Both the position numbers and the translations under genes were made by a program. DNA of 63,889 nt, the filler included, from Collodictyon triciliatum (taxonomy: Eukaryota), in the NCBI GenBank assembly GCA_043381765.1. It is 5 parts of 5 records of this genome, joined end to end, with 100 filler letters (N's around TTAATTAATTAA, not from the genome) between each part and the next. Parts side by side here need not be neighbours in the genome. Positions count along the whole stretch, not along the records: positions 34,144 to 55,293 come from JBHJMP010001501.1; 4 more parts are not named here. One strand, 5' to 3'. Below, piece after piece: positions 38,338-51,080 of this stretch (position 1 is its first letter; each line of letters starts with the position of its first letter). The notes beneath the pieces were generated by a model. It saw only the letters and a program-made list of their open reading frames with translations, made no database searches and had not been told where the DNA came from.

Positions 38338-40703
38338 CTAGTTAGGGCTATACTTGCTCGATTCGCCAGTTTGCGCAGACGGGGTGCCAGCCTCTGTCTC
38401 TTCGGAGATGTGAAGAAACTTCATCTGGAACACTGTTGCTTTGGGGGTCGATGCCTCAGGCATAGAGTCCAGCCTCAATGTACGTATGGAGGGGCCTTGA
38501 AGGTTGGTGGAAGCTTTCTTCTGAAGGAATGCTATGCGGGAGTCTGTATGTGACACGCTAGAGAGATATAGTGCAGCACCTATCGCAGCTGGTACAAAGA
38601 TAAGGTTTGATGCATAGGAGAAATACATGTTCCCTCCAAATGGCAAAAGGACACAGCCAACACCAAAACCCACATAAACTAGCAGAGCTGGGCGCAAAGG
38701 CAAGCAGAAAGATGTACTTGTTACGTCCAAGACACGAAAGATGTACAAAATGTACACATCAGTAGCAGCATAGCTTAAAGGAAGCATGGCTATGAATTCT
38801 CCAACCAAGGTTAAGATAAGTGCAACAGTGGTGGTAGAAACTCTATGCCGCAAGGTTCTTTTGTTGAAAATAAGAGCTGATGCAATCATCCAGATGGGCA
38901 AGCCAGTGAAACTTCTTATCTTAGAGAACATAGATGTCTGCTCATGGAAGAAATAGAAAGAAAAAGAACAACGTGAATAGAACTAATTTGAATGTATCTA
39001 AAAAGGGGTAAATGATAGGATATGTAATGTCATCGACTTATTGATCGATTGTATATTTGCAATATATGATAGAAGTAAGGTAAGTATACGTCATGTATTG
39101 TGATGTCCGGAATGTAAAGTATGGCATTTGTGATTATCATGAATATCAATGAAGCAGTGATAAATGAATGGGACCTATGTCAAATGCATCGGTGAATAGT
39201 TGAAATGCATATATTATTTGATCATTCGATAGACATGAAGGTCAATATCTGCAATATTAATTTAAATTGTACAAGTATGAGGATATTAAATGTCATAATT
39301 TTCCACCTGCTCGTAATAAATGATATATACTCTTCTTCGGCCTTGTTATCGATGAATTTCATCCTTTTATACTGTAATCTTAATGATATCCTCAATTCAC
39401 GCTCTTTGTGCAGGATATAAATTGGAGATAACAGAAGCGAGGTGTCATTAACTATATTCGTATTCAGTGGGCAATTAAAAAAAATGGACGCTTTAGCGGA
39501 GGGATACGCCGTTTCTAAATAAACTCTATTGATGAATTGTAAAAAGTGGCAGAGAAGAGAAGAGAAATCTTAATTGTATCTTATACTATGCTCAGCAATT
39601 ATTATGGAGCGCAACTGCATTCTTCTATACATGCAGGAGGAGTAACATAACACAACACCGCAAGCCGCAGAAGAGAGTAGTGACATTGTATGAAACATAA
39701 ATATTGACCGGGAATTTTCCGACATATCCATTGCAGAGTATCTAGTGTAGGACAGAGAAATTTTATTTGTAATTTCTACAGAGTATGGAGTAAAAAGCCA
39801 CCACCATCCGTAATTTTTTATATATACAAAAAATAAATATCGTATCACCCTATAGATGCAACCAACCCGCCACAATAATCGTAAATAGACATATTTTTTT
39901 TTTAAAAAAAAAAAAGAATAAATAAATTAATACGTGATAAAGACGGCAGCATTGACCGCCAAAGCATGTCGAAAGTACAGTCTCAAGACGAGAGGGCCGC
40001 ACCAGCAAATGAAAACCAACGAAGTCGGACTTTCAAGCCAGTTATCATCAGAGACCCGGATCAGAATAACAGTAAAAGCACCCCAAACATACAATAGCAA
40101 ATTTAGCCTTTCGATTCGCCATCCGGCCTCTGATGATGTGGCTCGAGAAACAACCGGAGCAGAAGGCATGGTGGCTGGCGATGCTACGAGTAGAGAATGA
40201 TCGAGGCCTTCAAGGGAGCGCTTTTCATTCAGAGTCCACATACTGACGCCAAACACAACCACCATCTGCGCAGCCCGAGAATACAATGACGGGCCAGATA
40301 GCGTGGAGAAAACAGACAGCATGTATCCAACAGAGGCAAGAAGAAACAGTTGGCAGCTGAGATTCAAGCGCCTGATGCGGTCGTAGTAGCAATAGACACC
40401 AAACAGCTCCTCGGTTTTTTCGTCCTGGAAAAGTCCCTTCCAGCGGCTGAGAACCACTCGCTGCATCAAAGCTGCCTCCAGATGCCCGTTTTCGCGCTCA
40501 AACTGCTGGACACGTAAGAGATTCTGCACAGTCTGAGACATGGACGCCCTGACAATCGCCCCACGAGAAAGTGAGTTGACTCGAGACTTTGTTTCTGGTG
40601 GCTCTTGGCTCGACCACGCAACTAATGAGGGGCTGCGTCTTGGTTCCTCTGTATTCGAAGAGTCCATTCCAGAGCCTGTCCTGTGGATACTGCACGCAAT
40701 CAT
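38338..40703 (-). CDS. Polytopic membrane protein made of two tandem cassettes resembling class-III nucleotidyl-cyclase 6TM anchors; no catalytic domain
   Basis: About five exons. Cassette 1: WKGLFQDEKTEELF..Y, then TMs, then YSSCMYRRMQL. Cassette 2: RMKFIDNKAEEEYISF, then TMs, then SVSHTDSRIAFLQK. A short disordered tail follows, with the stop at 38338. Confidence 0.6.
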
Positions 40704-42005
40704 TAGTGGTGCAACGATGGCAAGTCAACTTTTTAAAAGTTGGGGGTAGGGTGGCTAGTCCGACTCTCTAGAATGATATGTTCATCCAGGGATTCCATCC
40801 GCGCATGGGGTGGTTGGCAATCAAAGGGTTGTTATGGGTGCCATGTGGGCAAATAGGAATAGATAAACTTGTGCATGGAACGTCGCAAAGCAAGGTTGGC
40901 AACAGAGAAAAGAAGGGCCAGCCGAACGCAGTGGATCGACTTGTAAGCAAGTGGGGTTTGATGGGATGGACTCGGAGGAGCAGAAAAGCTTGTGATTGAA
41001 GCGTTCGGGGCTAATTGTTGGTACGATCAGGTTGCCTGCGTCAGCCAAAGTACTTTGTCGAGGATTGCCCAAGGTAACCCCATTTTGAGTGGGATATATC
41101 AGTAGTATTGACAAGCACACGATTGGTCAACGCCCCACCCCGCTTTGCTCGATTGTCTTAAGGACTGCGAAAATGTGAAAACATTCGCCCTTTTTTGCTT
41201 CCCTCATTTCTCCATTTCATTAAACCTTTATCACATTTAACCGCGCGCTTCGCTATGCTTCTCATGTTTCGGTTGCGCATTTCTAAAATGTAAAATCTGA
41301 ACTGGCACCATGTTTGGAAAGTTGAACGGATTTTTCAAGAATATTGTCTTCATATGTACCCTTTTTTTGAATGTTCTACTCTTGAATAGACATTTCCGAA
41401 ATTGGGTATCAAGTATTGTATTTCCAAGGCATTTTTTTGGAAAGTGCCGTTCATCTGAGGGCAGAAAGTGTTGATTCTGTATCTGTCCCAGCCCCGAGGT
41501 CAGGCGAACATACAAAGACCCCACGCGCGGGCTAAGATAATAAGAATAGTAATGGTAATAATAATAGAGGCATTAGCCATGGTACAAATATAGATTATAA
41601 TCGTAGATTTTTCCTTTATTCCACTCAAAGTAATGATAATCACAATTATAATATTAGAAATCAACAGTTATAGATCTATAGGTGAGATGACGTTCATAAG
41701 AGCTACAAAAGCCTCGTTGCTAAATATTAGAATAGTTCAAAATGTGTGTTAGGGTCTCCCAGATTTCAAATTAGCTCGACTTTATTCTTGGGGAGGGAAG
41801 GGGATAGGAGGGAGACTCATAATACAATAGGCGAATGATTATTCTTTGCATAGATTAGGTGGCTGCCAACCAAGTTCGTTGGAATTGCTCCCAAGGACTT
41901 TGTGCTGTGCATTGTCATGGGTGGTGATAAAGACAATGATTCACTATAACTATTGTCACATGGGCAGACTATACAAGGGCAATTTTTAAATCATCAGTAA
42001 CGTGT

Positions 42006-45000
42006 CTAGCGACGATTTCCAGGTCGTGGGACACCCATATCGCGACGTACGTCACGCTCGACTCCTACTTTAATTTTACAGCTAAATCAGAAGCAATGTA
42101 GCGGTAATGCGCTTGATATGGTAATCGAAGTTGAGAGTGATATCAATTATTCATGATTGCATCTTAATTCCCGTCCTGATTTTGGTTACAATACCTTTCT
42201 GCTCTACTGCCGCTGGAGTATTTTGCCTGTAATATTTTTATTGGATTTTTTTATATTCATGACATTAAAACTAAAATAGTGTTTCTATTCTATTGTCTTT
42301 TTTTTTCTTTTGGGAAAGTAATCGATAACTCAATCATCTTGTCCATCTGGTGGTGTTAATATGGCAGCACATCAATAGGAAAATAATGCCATTTAATTTA
42401 ACTCAAAGCCATTAAAGAACCAACCCTTTTGGCCGCTGTGCTGCTGTAGGCACTAAAATCCCGTACTGGCGGGTATACCCTGTATTTTTTTGGTGTTTTT
42501 TTTGTAATTAGATAAATAATACGACGGAAAGTGTTGGGCATTGCGGAAGGCATAGTTTTGTTTCCTTGTTTAGATATCTTTTGATGTCTTTTGATGTCTT
42601 TTGATGTCTTTTGATGTCTTTTGATGTCTTTTGATGTCTTTTGATGTCTTTTGATGTCTTTTGATGTCTTTTGATGTCTTTTGGGCTATTAAGGCGGGTT
42701 CTGCATTCTGCTTCGGGAATTACCAAGTTGTGAATGAACAACGTGAATATCACCAGCTTGAGCGTTCGATAAAACATTTTCTTTCGGGTGGTCACGGTTT
42801 TTGACATTCGACGCTTTCCTCCCTCCCAAAACACTTGGGAGAACAGTAATTGGTGGTCGTGGCTCTATCGGGACAAGGGGCACCGCGCCCCCGTCCGGTC
42901 CCAGAGCTCCCCCCGGCATTAGTGTTGGGAGTCGGCTTGGCTTCATGTTATTATGTAAACATGTGATTATAGCAATCCGAAGGTTTCAATATTCTTCTCG
43001 ATTGAAAATAACAATAAAAAAATACTGTATTTGTAAATTGATTAATATGTTTGTGGTGTAATTCTTTAGGATAGTCAAAAGTTGACGGAGAACGAGAGAG
43101 GGATTTTAAAGAAAACGCAAGTGTACCCTGGGTAGCTCGATGTTTGCACGACTCATCTTTCCTGGTAGAGCTATTGTATCGAGTAGCTGAATCTGTGATG
43201 GATTAATGTCTGAACGAAGAAGAAGAAAAAAAATGAATGGTGGCGTTTCATATCACAGATGTCTGAGTATCCAAGAACCTCGAGGTTGTGGTTGTGAGGG
43301 AGCCTTGTTCGAACGTTCTGTAGCTGAAGAACTTCTTGTGCTGACGGGCGAACCTTGGGATTCTTTACTACAGTTTGAATCGTGGCAATTCAGGACACGA
43401 AATTCGGTTCGCGTTGTTAACTGATAATGTGGAATATGGCAGTCGTAGGAGGTATTTTTTCTGCTATTTGAAAGGAAGCGCTAATATCAAATTCGATAAA
43501 ATGTACCCAGGAGCCTGTTAACAAGGTTTTGCAATTCTGGGCTGCAATGACTTGGAAGTCTTGGAAACTGACCTATAGTGTGTTGATGCTATCACCTCAA
43601 ATGTATGATATTCAGAAAGTATACATAATCGCTTGGGTAATAATATTTTATTTCCTACAATTAAAATCCATTTTCTTGATTCACACGATTTCTCAATTAT
43701 TTTATTCAGAATCGTATGATAAATATTACCATTAACGACATTTCTGGATAGTTCATTCATATTTACACCTTGGAATGGGAGACGGAGTGATACAAGCTCA
43801 TATAGAACGACGCCTGTGGTGTGTGAATGATGTGTTTAATGAACAGGACAGTGAGAAAGTAAGAAGACGCCCTTTCTTCTTTTCCTCTTTCTTTCTTTTT
43901 TATATCCAATAATAGTATGCTTTAACCGATAAATAATAGCATATTTGTAAATGTCCCACCAAAAGACCACATATCCGCCTTTTCGTTGTAAGGTTGATCT
44001 TTCCATTGTTCTGGACTTAAGTAATACGGAGTCCCTGTGTGACATTTAGATATGCTAACAGTTTTAGAAGGTGGCAAATTTATGAGTCTATGTATGGATA
44101 ACCACAGAAAAATGAAATTGGAACCTATATTCGTATGAGCGTACTCAGACCCCTTTAAAATACGAGCTACCTGTATTCGTTCGACACCAGGAGAGAGAAA
44201 AAAAAGCATGAATGTCAGAGATGTAATATCATCGACTATTCAGATAAAATACATGCATCAAAGTATTATTACTTATTTTCTGTCATAAAAAATCATTCGT
44301 CAGATGGAGTAAAGAATATACATCAAGCAAAGATATTAATACAAATGAATTAAAAGTAAAAATAAAAATGCTGAATGGGATTTGCAAGGAATATGAACGA
44401 AAAAAAAACCCCAAAGTCAGCCAGCTTCAAAATTCCATTAGAGCATATTAGGATATTACTTGACTTTAAGTCCTGCAAAAAGTTAAAGTTAAATATGAAT
44501 GTGATTGCATACTCGTTGTTTAGTATTATGGATTCTCGCTTCTTTTTTTTTTAGGTTCATATTGATAGTGTGCGATAATCTGAGGCTTTGCGTAACATAA
44601 ATTTCGTATTGGGATGCTTTATACACACATAATCAGCAAATATGGTGATCTTAGCGTTACGAAGGATAGGGAACTCTACCCGATGCATAATGCCTGCATC
44701 GTGCAATGCTTTGAGTCCGGAGCATATTTGGGCAACGGTATTCCATACTTGGTTTTCCTCCAGATACTTTCGAGACTGCTGGCATCTCCTAATGAGTCCG
44801 TCCATATCCCCGTTTTCAGCCAGCTCTATGCCCTACATCACAGCTCTTTGTAATGAGTAAATGATCTCGTACTTTTCAAGATATTAACAGGTGAGACTTT
44901 GGATGTCTTTTGTTATAATGAGGTAGTGTTTTTTTTTTCCATAATGAGGTAGAGCTGAACAGGTGCTTAAGCATATAAATGTGATTTGAGGGAGTTGCTT

Positions 45001-45652
45001 ACAATAAAGAGTTTTCCGTCTTCAATGAAAGAGAACTTGTATCTATTATGAAGGAATAAAAAAATTGACGGTATATTTTAGATTATTATCGTTTATTTCA
45101 GCTCGGTTCGTTGGCAGAAAAATGTATTTATAAAATTCCTCCAAAAATAAAAGGAAACACGTGCTCTGATTTCCTAGAAACAGGATATTACTCTATTATG
45201 TGCGGGTGATGTATGGAAGCTAATAGTCGAACTTCGTTCAGAGCTGTCTTTCTGTCCTCAATTTGAAGTTCAAATGAAAATATCGTGGTCAATATCTCAT
45301 CAAGTATATACACATGATATGATTCATCGAGCTGGTGGTAATAAATATAATAGAATATCATATCATATAATATGGTTGCGTTGAAGTTGTCATGGTACAT
45401 TGGTACTCATAAATAACTTTGCAGTACATGAGACAATATATTAAACCGCCACAGATTGCAGTTAGGTTTCACGTGTATATGCGTGTATTAAAGATACCTT
45501 TCAATTGTGTTCATAGGCTTGATGTTCATTTCTTTTAAGGCAACCCTGCATGAATCAGTCGGATTAAGAATTCAAACTCTCAAAGCATATTTGGTCATAC
45601 AGCGGACACACGAAAGGGCCACAAAAAAGGGTTTTCAATAATCCCATTCAAA

Positions 45653-45748
<96 letters not shown>

Positions 45749-46021
45749 CGACAAACGGACAATATTCACTGTATAAGGGCGCCCCGCTGTTGTGTCCAAG
45801 GCCCTCAAGATAAAAATAAAATAAAATAATGAATATTCAGATAACAGAGATCATGGAAATAACAACGCAAAAGAAAAGAAGACAATTTCAAGAAAAGGCC
45901 GCACATACACTTCATTAGTGAGGTTGAGTCTTGCGCAGTAGACGGAGCCGAAGCTCCCTTTGCCAAGCAACCTGATCTTTGTAAAGTCCTTCTGCTGCAG
46001 CGGCCGACCTTGCTCGTCCAT
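42006..46021 (-). CDS. NIMA-related (NEK) Ser/Thr kinase with disordered C-terminal tail; 3' end approximate
   Basis: ATG 46021; LGKGSFGSVY, VALKEM, ALNEVRLLASIHHPHII, ELAENGDM, IMHR|DLKSSNIL, KLADFG|VARIL, IG|TPYYLSPEQWKDQPYNEKADMWSFG, VVLYEL. Tail exons may end at 42689 or 42006 (..VPRPGNRR*). Confidence 0.9.
42575..42682. repeat. 10-mer (TTTTGATGTC)n
   Basis: Direct reading. Confidence 0.92.
45653..45749. repeat. Intronic (CAA)n
   Basis: Inside first NEK intron. Confidence 0.92.
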
Positions 46022-46805
46022 CCCGTGGTGGTCTTTGGGCGCGGCTTTCTGGGCGTTGAGGGCGGTGTTCAGCACAGGGCGTGTCTCTCCGAAACGCTTC
46101 GAGAAACAGAGTCGGCGCGCCCAGCAAATTGGCACAGCAACATAAACAACCCAACCCGGCCGCACAGCGCATGGCCGTTGCCGCGACGCGTTTGCCCGGT
46201 GTTTACTTTGCCGCAGCGCCCGGTTTGAATGTTTGAATCCGGCCGCACGGTTGTCCGCACCGGCCAAAAGCAAAGCCTCCCTTGTCGGCTGTTGAAGCGA
46301 AATTGCATACCGAATCAAACAACCCAAAGGAAATAATCAAATTGCCGGGCTCCACAAGAGAAAGCGAATTAGAAAAAAAAATTCTGTTGGACAACCGTTA
46401 CGTATTTCCAACTTGGGCAGAGGCGCTGGTGTGTATATTTCTGGAATATATTTGCATGGTGTCATATGTTTCATTCTGTCAGCCTGTTCGTGCATATAAA
46501 TGCTTTGCATTTTAATTTACCAGCAATTTCATTGTTATGTTGGGAAAATGTTGCACAGTTATGCGGACTGGATGACGTCGAAGTTTACCTCTCGACCCGT
46601 GTTCCACTTGGGAAGAGAAACAGCAATCGAAAACAGACAAACCCCAACCTGCCAAACATCAGGCGTCCGCCTCGCCTGCTGTCGGCCGGGTTGGAGTCAG
46701 AAGACAGAGAGGCCGGTGAACAGGGTGCAAGGGGGTCAGCTCATGGCAAGCCGAAAGCACCATAAAACAAAGGACACTTGACAGTACACACAGGACAAGG
46801 CCGGG

Positions 46806-47520
46806 ATGGGATCAAAGAGCGACACAATCTACTTCTACGACGTTGGGGACGAACACGGATACCTGTGCAACTTCACGGCCCACCCGATCGAAATCGCCGG
46901 GAAAGTGTGGCCCACAAGCGAGCACTACTTCCAGGTTTGTGCGTGCAGTTCGGAGAACGAGTGCATTCGGTGAATGCACAAGAGAGAGAGAAAGAGAGAC
47001 GCAGGGCGTGTGCGTGTGAGTGTTTGGGGTTGGGCGGGTTGACAGGCAGGGCCGCTCTAACGCCGCCTCTCTCTGCCTCTGCACGCGGCGCGAAGGCCAT
47101 GAAGTTCGAGGGGACAGACTACGCGGAGAAGATCCGCCTGGCCGAAACACCGGGCGAGTCGTACGTCCTGGGAAACAGCCGCGCGCACAGGCTGAGGCCC
47201 GACTGGGAGGTTTGTCACGCGCCCGCCCCTGCATGCGAGCCGGGCCTTTGCTGACGCGCCACCACCGCTGGTAGGCCGTAAAGGACGACGTGATGAGGAC
47301 GGCAGTCAGGGCCAAGTTCCAGCAGCATCCGGACATCCGCGCCCGGCTCCTCGGGACGGGCATAAAGCGCATCATCGAAAGAATCGACACGGATCCGTAC
47401 TGGGGCGACGGGCGCGACGGGCGCGGGCTCAACAGGCTCGGCGTCATTCTGATGCAGGTCCGCGATGAGCTGAGGGCTGCGGCCAGGGCCGAGGCAAAGA
47501 GGTCGGGCGGCTGCTGGTGA
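46806..47520 (+). CDS. NADAR-family (YbiA-like) N-glycosidase, 3 exons (46806-46934, 47096-47209, 47275-47520)
   Basis: TIYFY...GYLCNF...WPTSEHYFQ|AMKF...LRPDWE|AVKDDVMRTAVRAKFQQHPDIRARLLGTG...IIE...DPYWGDGRDGRGLNRLGVILMQVRDEL, the full YbiA/NADAR motif series. Confidence 0.93.
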
Positions 47521-48535
47521 TGTTCCTACAGCGTGTCTGTGTAGATGCGTTCCTCTCATCGCATGCTGCTGCTCCACTCCCTATTTTCTCTTTCTCTTTC
47601 TCTTCCTTTTTGATGGGACGGAGTGGTAGACCGGTGCATAGCAAGGGCATGAATAAAAGCAAAAAGCAAAAGACACAAGTGGGATGAAATGTTCATAGGC
47701 GTCGACGGTTTCCTTTGGGTCTTATGAAAGTACGCCGATTGGGGGTCTGGGTTAGCAGTTTTTTTTTTTTATTTATTACTATTATTATTTCTCTGTCTCT
47801 CTTTCCTCTAGAATCTTGGGTTCGTGTACTCAAGAAAAGTCACCCCCGTTGGCGGTGTTGTGCGACTTTGTTCCGGTATTAACGATAAATGAATATATTT
47901 CTTTTTTTAAAATAAGAAAAAAGAAAAAAAAAGAGCAAACAAAAAGTGAATGAAATACACGAAAAGAGGGATTTGCATACCAAATGGACAAAACAGAGTG
48001 AGCGGGTGATTGAGTGGGGAATGGCGGGGCTTTGAAAGGTATCCATATATTATAATATTTCTCCCTTTCTTTTTCATATATACGCGATGAGGAGTTCATT
48101 TGGGAATGTAGAGAATAGGAGGAACGAAGTTAAAAGCAGGTGTATCTAGAAGTGCTCCGTTTCTTGATAAGAATTATGGTTGGGAATTGGATCGACAAGT
48201 CTCTAGGAAGGTGACACAGAGATTTTCTAATCGATTAAATAAGTAAATAGATGAATAAATGCATGCTTGCTACATTTACTCGGTATCATTGTTCTTCGAC
48301 AAAAAGGCACATATTATAAGATGCGTCGCTTTTTTTTCTTTTTAGAATGATGAAAACGCTGAGAGTTATAATACGTTCATGAAATATAAAGTTCTACTTA
48401 CCACACTATCTTGCAATAAGGAAGTCTTTTTCTCCACATTTCATTCATCGAAAAAGCAAGAAGAAAAAAACAAAGCAAGGGAAAAAAGACAGTGGTTAGT
48501 GTGATCAAATATGATGAATTTCTAGGGTTCTGGTT

Positions 48536-51049
48536 TCAGCTGCGTCCGTGGCTTGCCGGTTTTGTAGTGGGTGTCTGACTTGAGGGCTTGCTACTGGTTG
48601 GTTCAATTCTTTTCAATTCTTCAGAAAATTCGCTTGTCATAACATAGTCGATGGCAGCTCGAAATGTAGTAAATTGAAATCTGAATATTTTTTTTTTTAA
48701 AAAAAAAGAATAAAGTTACATACAATTAGTTAAAACTGACGTTTGGAAACATTATAAACATGTAGCATATGTAATATATCACAAATAAAGAAAATATAAT
48801 ATAGAGTATAAATCGAAATAAAATAAACCCATAATCGGCGAGCATTTCAACATCCTCTTCAAACGAAAGAATAAAATATATATTTGCATGTGCATATCTC
48901 GGTCTTGCTTTGATAATTGCAAAAATAACAAAAGGTAATATATCATCCGCACCAATGGATTGATGGCCTTTTACCGATACGTTTTTTTTTTTTTTTAGTG
49001 GATTGTATGTGATTGTTTCAATATATAAATGAAGTAAATGGATCACGGGCAATATCTATACATTTTATTGAAAAATAATGAAGAAAGAAGAGTCAGTATT
49101 TTTTTATTACCTTCTTGCTTCGTTTCTACAATATGTCTTTCAATAGAGGATATAATAGAATCAATGCAGCGCTTCAAACAATCAAGCTATATATTAGCGA
49201 TAAAATATATAAAGTTAGCCAAAGTAATATGCCTCATATAATCAATTCGACAATCATACTATAGACAACGAAAACATAATAGAAAACCTTTTCAAGTGGT
49301 GTGGTAAAGTCTCCAAACTGGTCCAGAATAGATATGGACTCTGGAATCTGGCAATTAAGCTCCGCTCTCAATCCTTAGTGATGTTTTCCCGCACATTAGT
49401 GACGTAACAAATGAATTTTTCCGATTGTTTCTTGCAAAACTCAATATACTCAATCAAGATAAAATAATAAGATAATAATACTAATACTAAGATAAGCAAA
49501 TATACGAGAATTATGAGCAAAGGAAATACAAAAAGGGCGCTCTAGTAGATGTTATATAAGATTAATATATATATAAAGAAACGAGTTTAAACGTGAGTTA
49601 CTCCCTTATTTTGAGGAGCCAAGAGAATGTTTAATTAAAATGAGTATTGTAACAAGGACTCTTACCAAGTTGCCCAGGGTCGTTGAGGGCCAAAGACGAA
49701 ATAATTTTGTCGATTTTTTGGTCAAACAAATGAGAATTGAAGCGGAATATGGAAAAGAGCCTCTCACTGGAATAGGATGTCACATAGCTATTTCGAGGAA
49801 GCGTTTTCAGAATAAAGACAAAGCGCGAATTTGTATACATTTAACCCCAACCTTATAACACTCCTTTTTAGCATATCCAGATCCGCAGGCTCTTTCAAGC
49901 AGTTAGCAAGGTGTGGATTCGTTTTTGCCATCGCCTTAATATTTCAATTAAGGTAATTTATTTATTTTTGGTTTGTTTTGATATATCAATATTTCATTTG
50001 TATTTGGGATAAACACATGATCACTATGGAATAGTTTGAATCGAATAAAGGAAAAAATCACTATGGGATTGTTCATATTTCCAAAGGATTATGTCAGGTG
50101 ATAAATTGTACTTCTGTTGCGCGAACACAGAGCGCTTTGATGTAAGTGGCCGTGGCTATTGTTAGCGTCTTGCGACGAATCGATCGCTGTACTTTTGATA
50201 TGAGTTGCTCGAGTATGGGTAGATTCTCACTGTATTTTCTTAAGAAAGCCTCATGTCTATGATATTATATAGTTTTGGTTGAAAATTAGAAATTAAATCA
50301 TAGTTAAAATCATAGTTAAAATCATAGTTAATCATAAATAAAATGTTTAATAAATTAGATAATCTGACTCCATCGGCGAAGTCCCTGTGGGCCAGGATAA
50401 GTCATCGGTTGGCTATGATATTACACAACACAGTGTTAAATGTATATGAGAAACCATAAATGTATACGAATTGAGATAGTTACCACATCAACCCAAGCCT
50501 GTGACTCTGATGATGCGGAAAAATTAGTTAATGGGCTGCTTATATGAATCATGCGAAGTGTTTGCTTGCTCTCTGTTTGAAGTACATGCTCGAATATGCG
50601 AACAACTTTCCTCTTATCCAAAAATCCTTAATTGAATATTTCTTTTGAGTGAACATTATATATAGTTCCATAAGGTATGTACATTTCAACAGTGAGAGTA
50701 AGATAATGAAATATTATAAATAATTCATGGTATTTACAATCAACCCTATGTTTGAATCAAATAAAGCGATAAAAATTGCAATATACCTTCTCTGGTTTGA
50801 ATATACTTGTTTCTTAGTTTTATTATCGAACCATTAAGCGAACGATATTCGTCCAGCTGCTCTCCTGTTCCGTTAGGATAAAATATATGGGACTCTATTA
50901 ATGGGATTAGTAACGGTCTGTAAGTATCTTGAACTGAGTATTGCTAATCGAATACCATTCTTGTGTGAGAATAAATAAAATAAATGGATGGCTTGTGACC
51001 CTTCCTCTCCTTCCTATGTCTCTCTTCTTCTTCTTCTTTTTTTTTTTTT

Positions 51050-51080
<31 letters not shown>

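Noticed and set aside
41064-41078. X-box-like (RFX) ATTGCCCAAGGTAAC upstream of the twin-6TM gene
   Set aside because: Single degenerate match, expected by chance; no such site seen before CATSPERB.
23658-46021. Apparent flagellar gene cluster (CatSper-beta, MORN, cyclase-anchor protein, NEK)
   Set aside because: A spacer gap at 34044 breaks the linkage, and ciliary roles for the MORN and NEK genes are unproven.
48966-48974. GCCTTTTAC (U5 snRNA loop-like)
   Set aside because: Lies antisense within the VPS9 gene with no supporting stem or Sm site.
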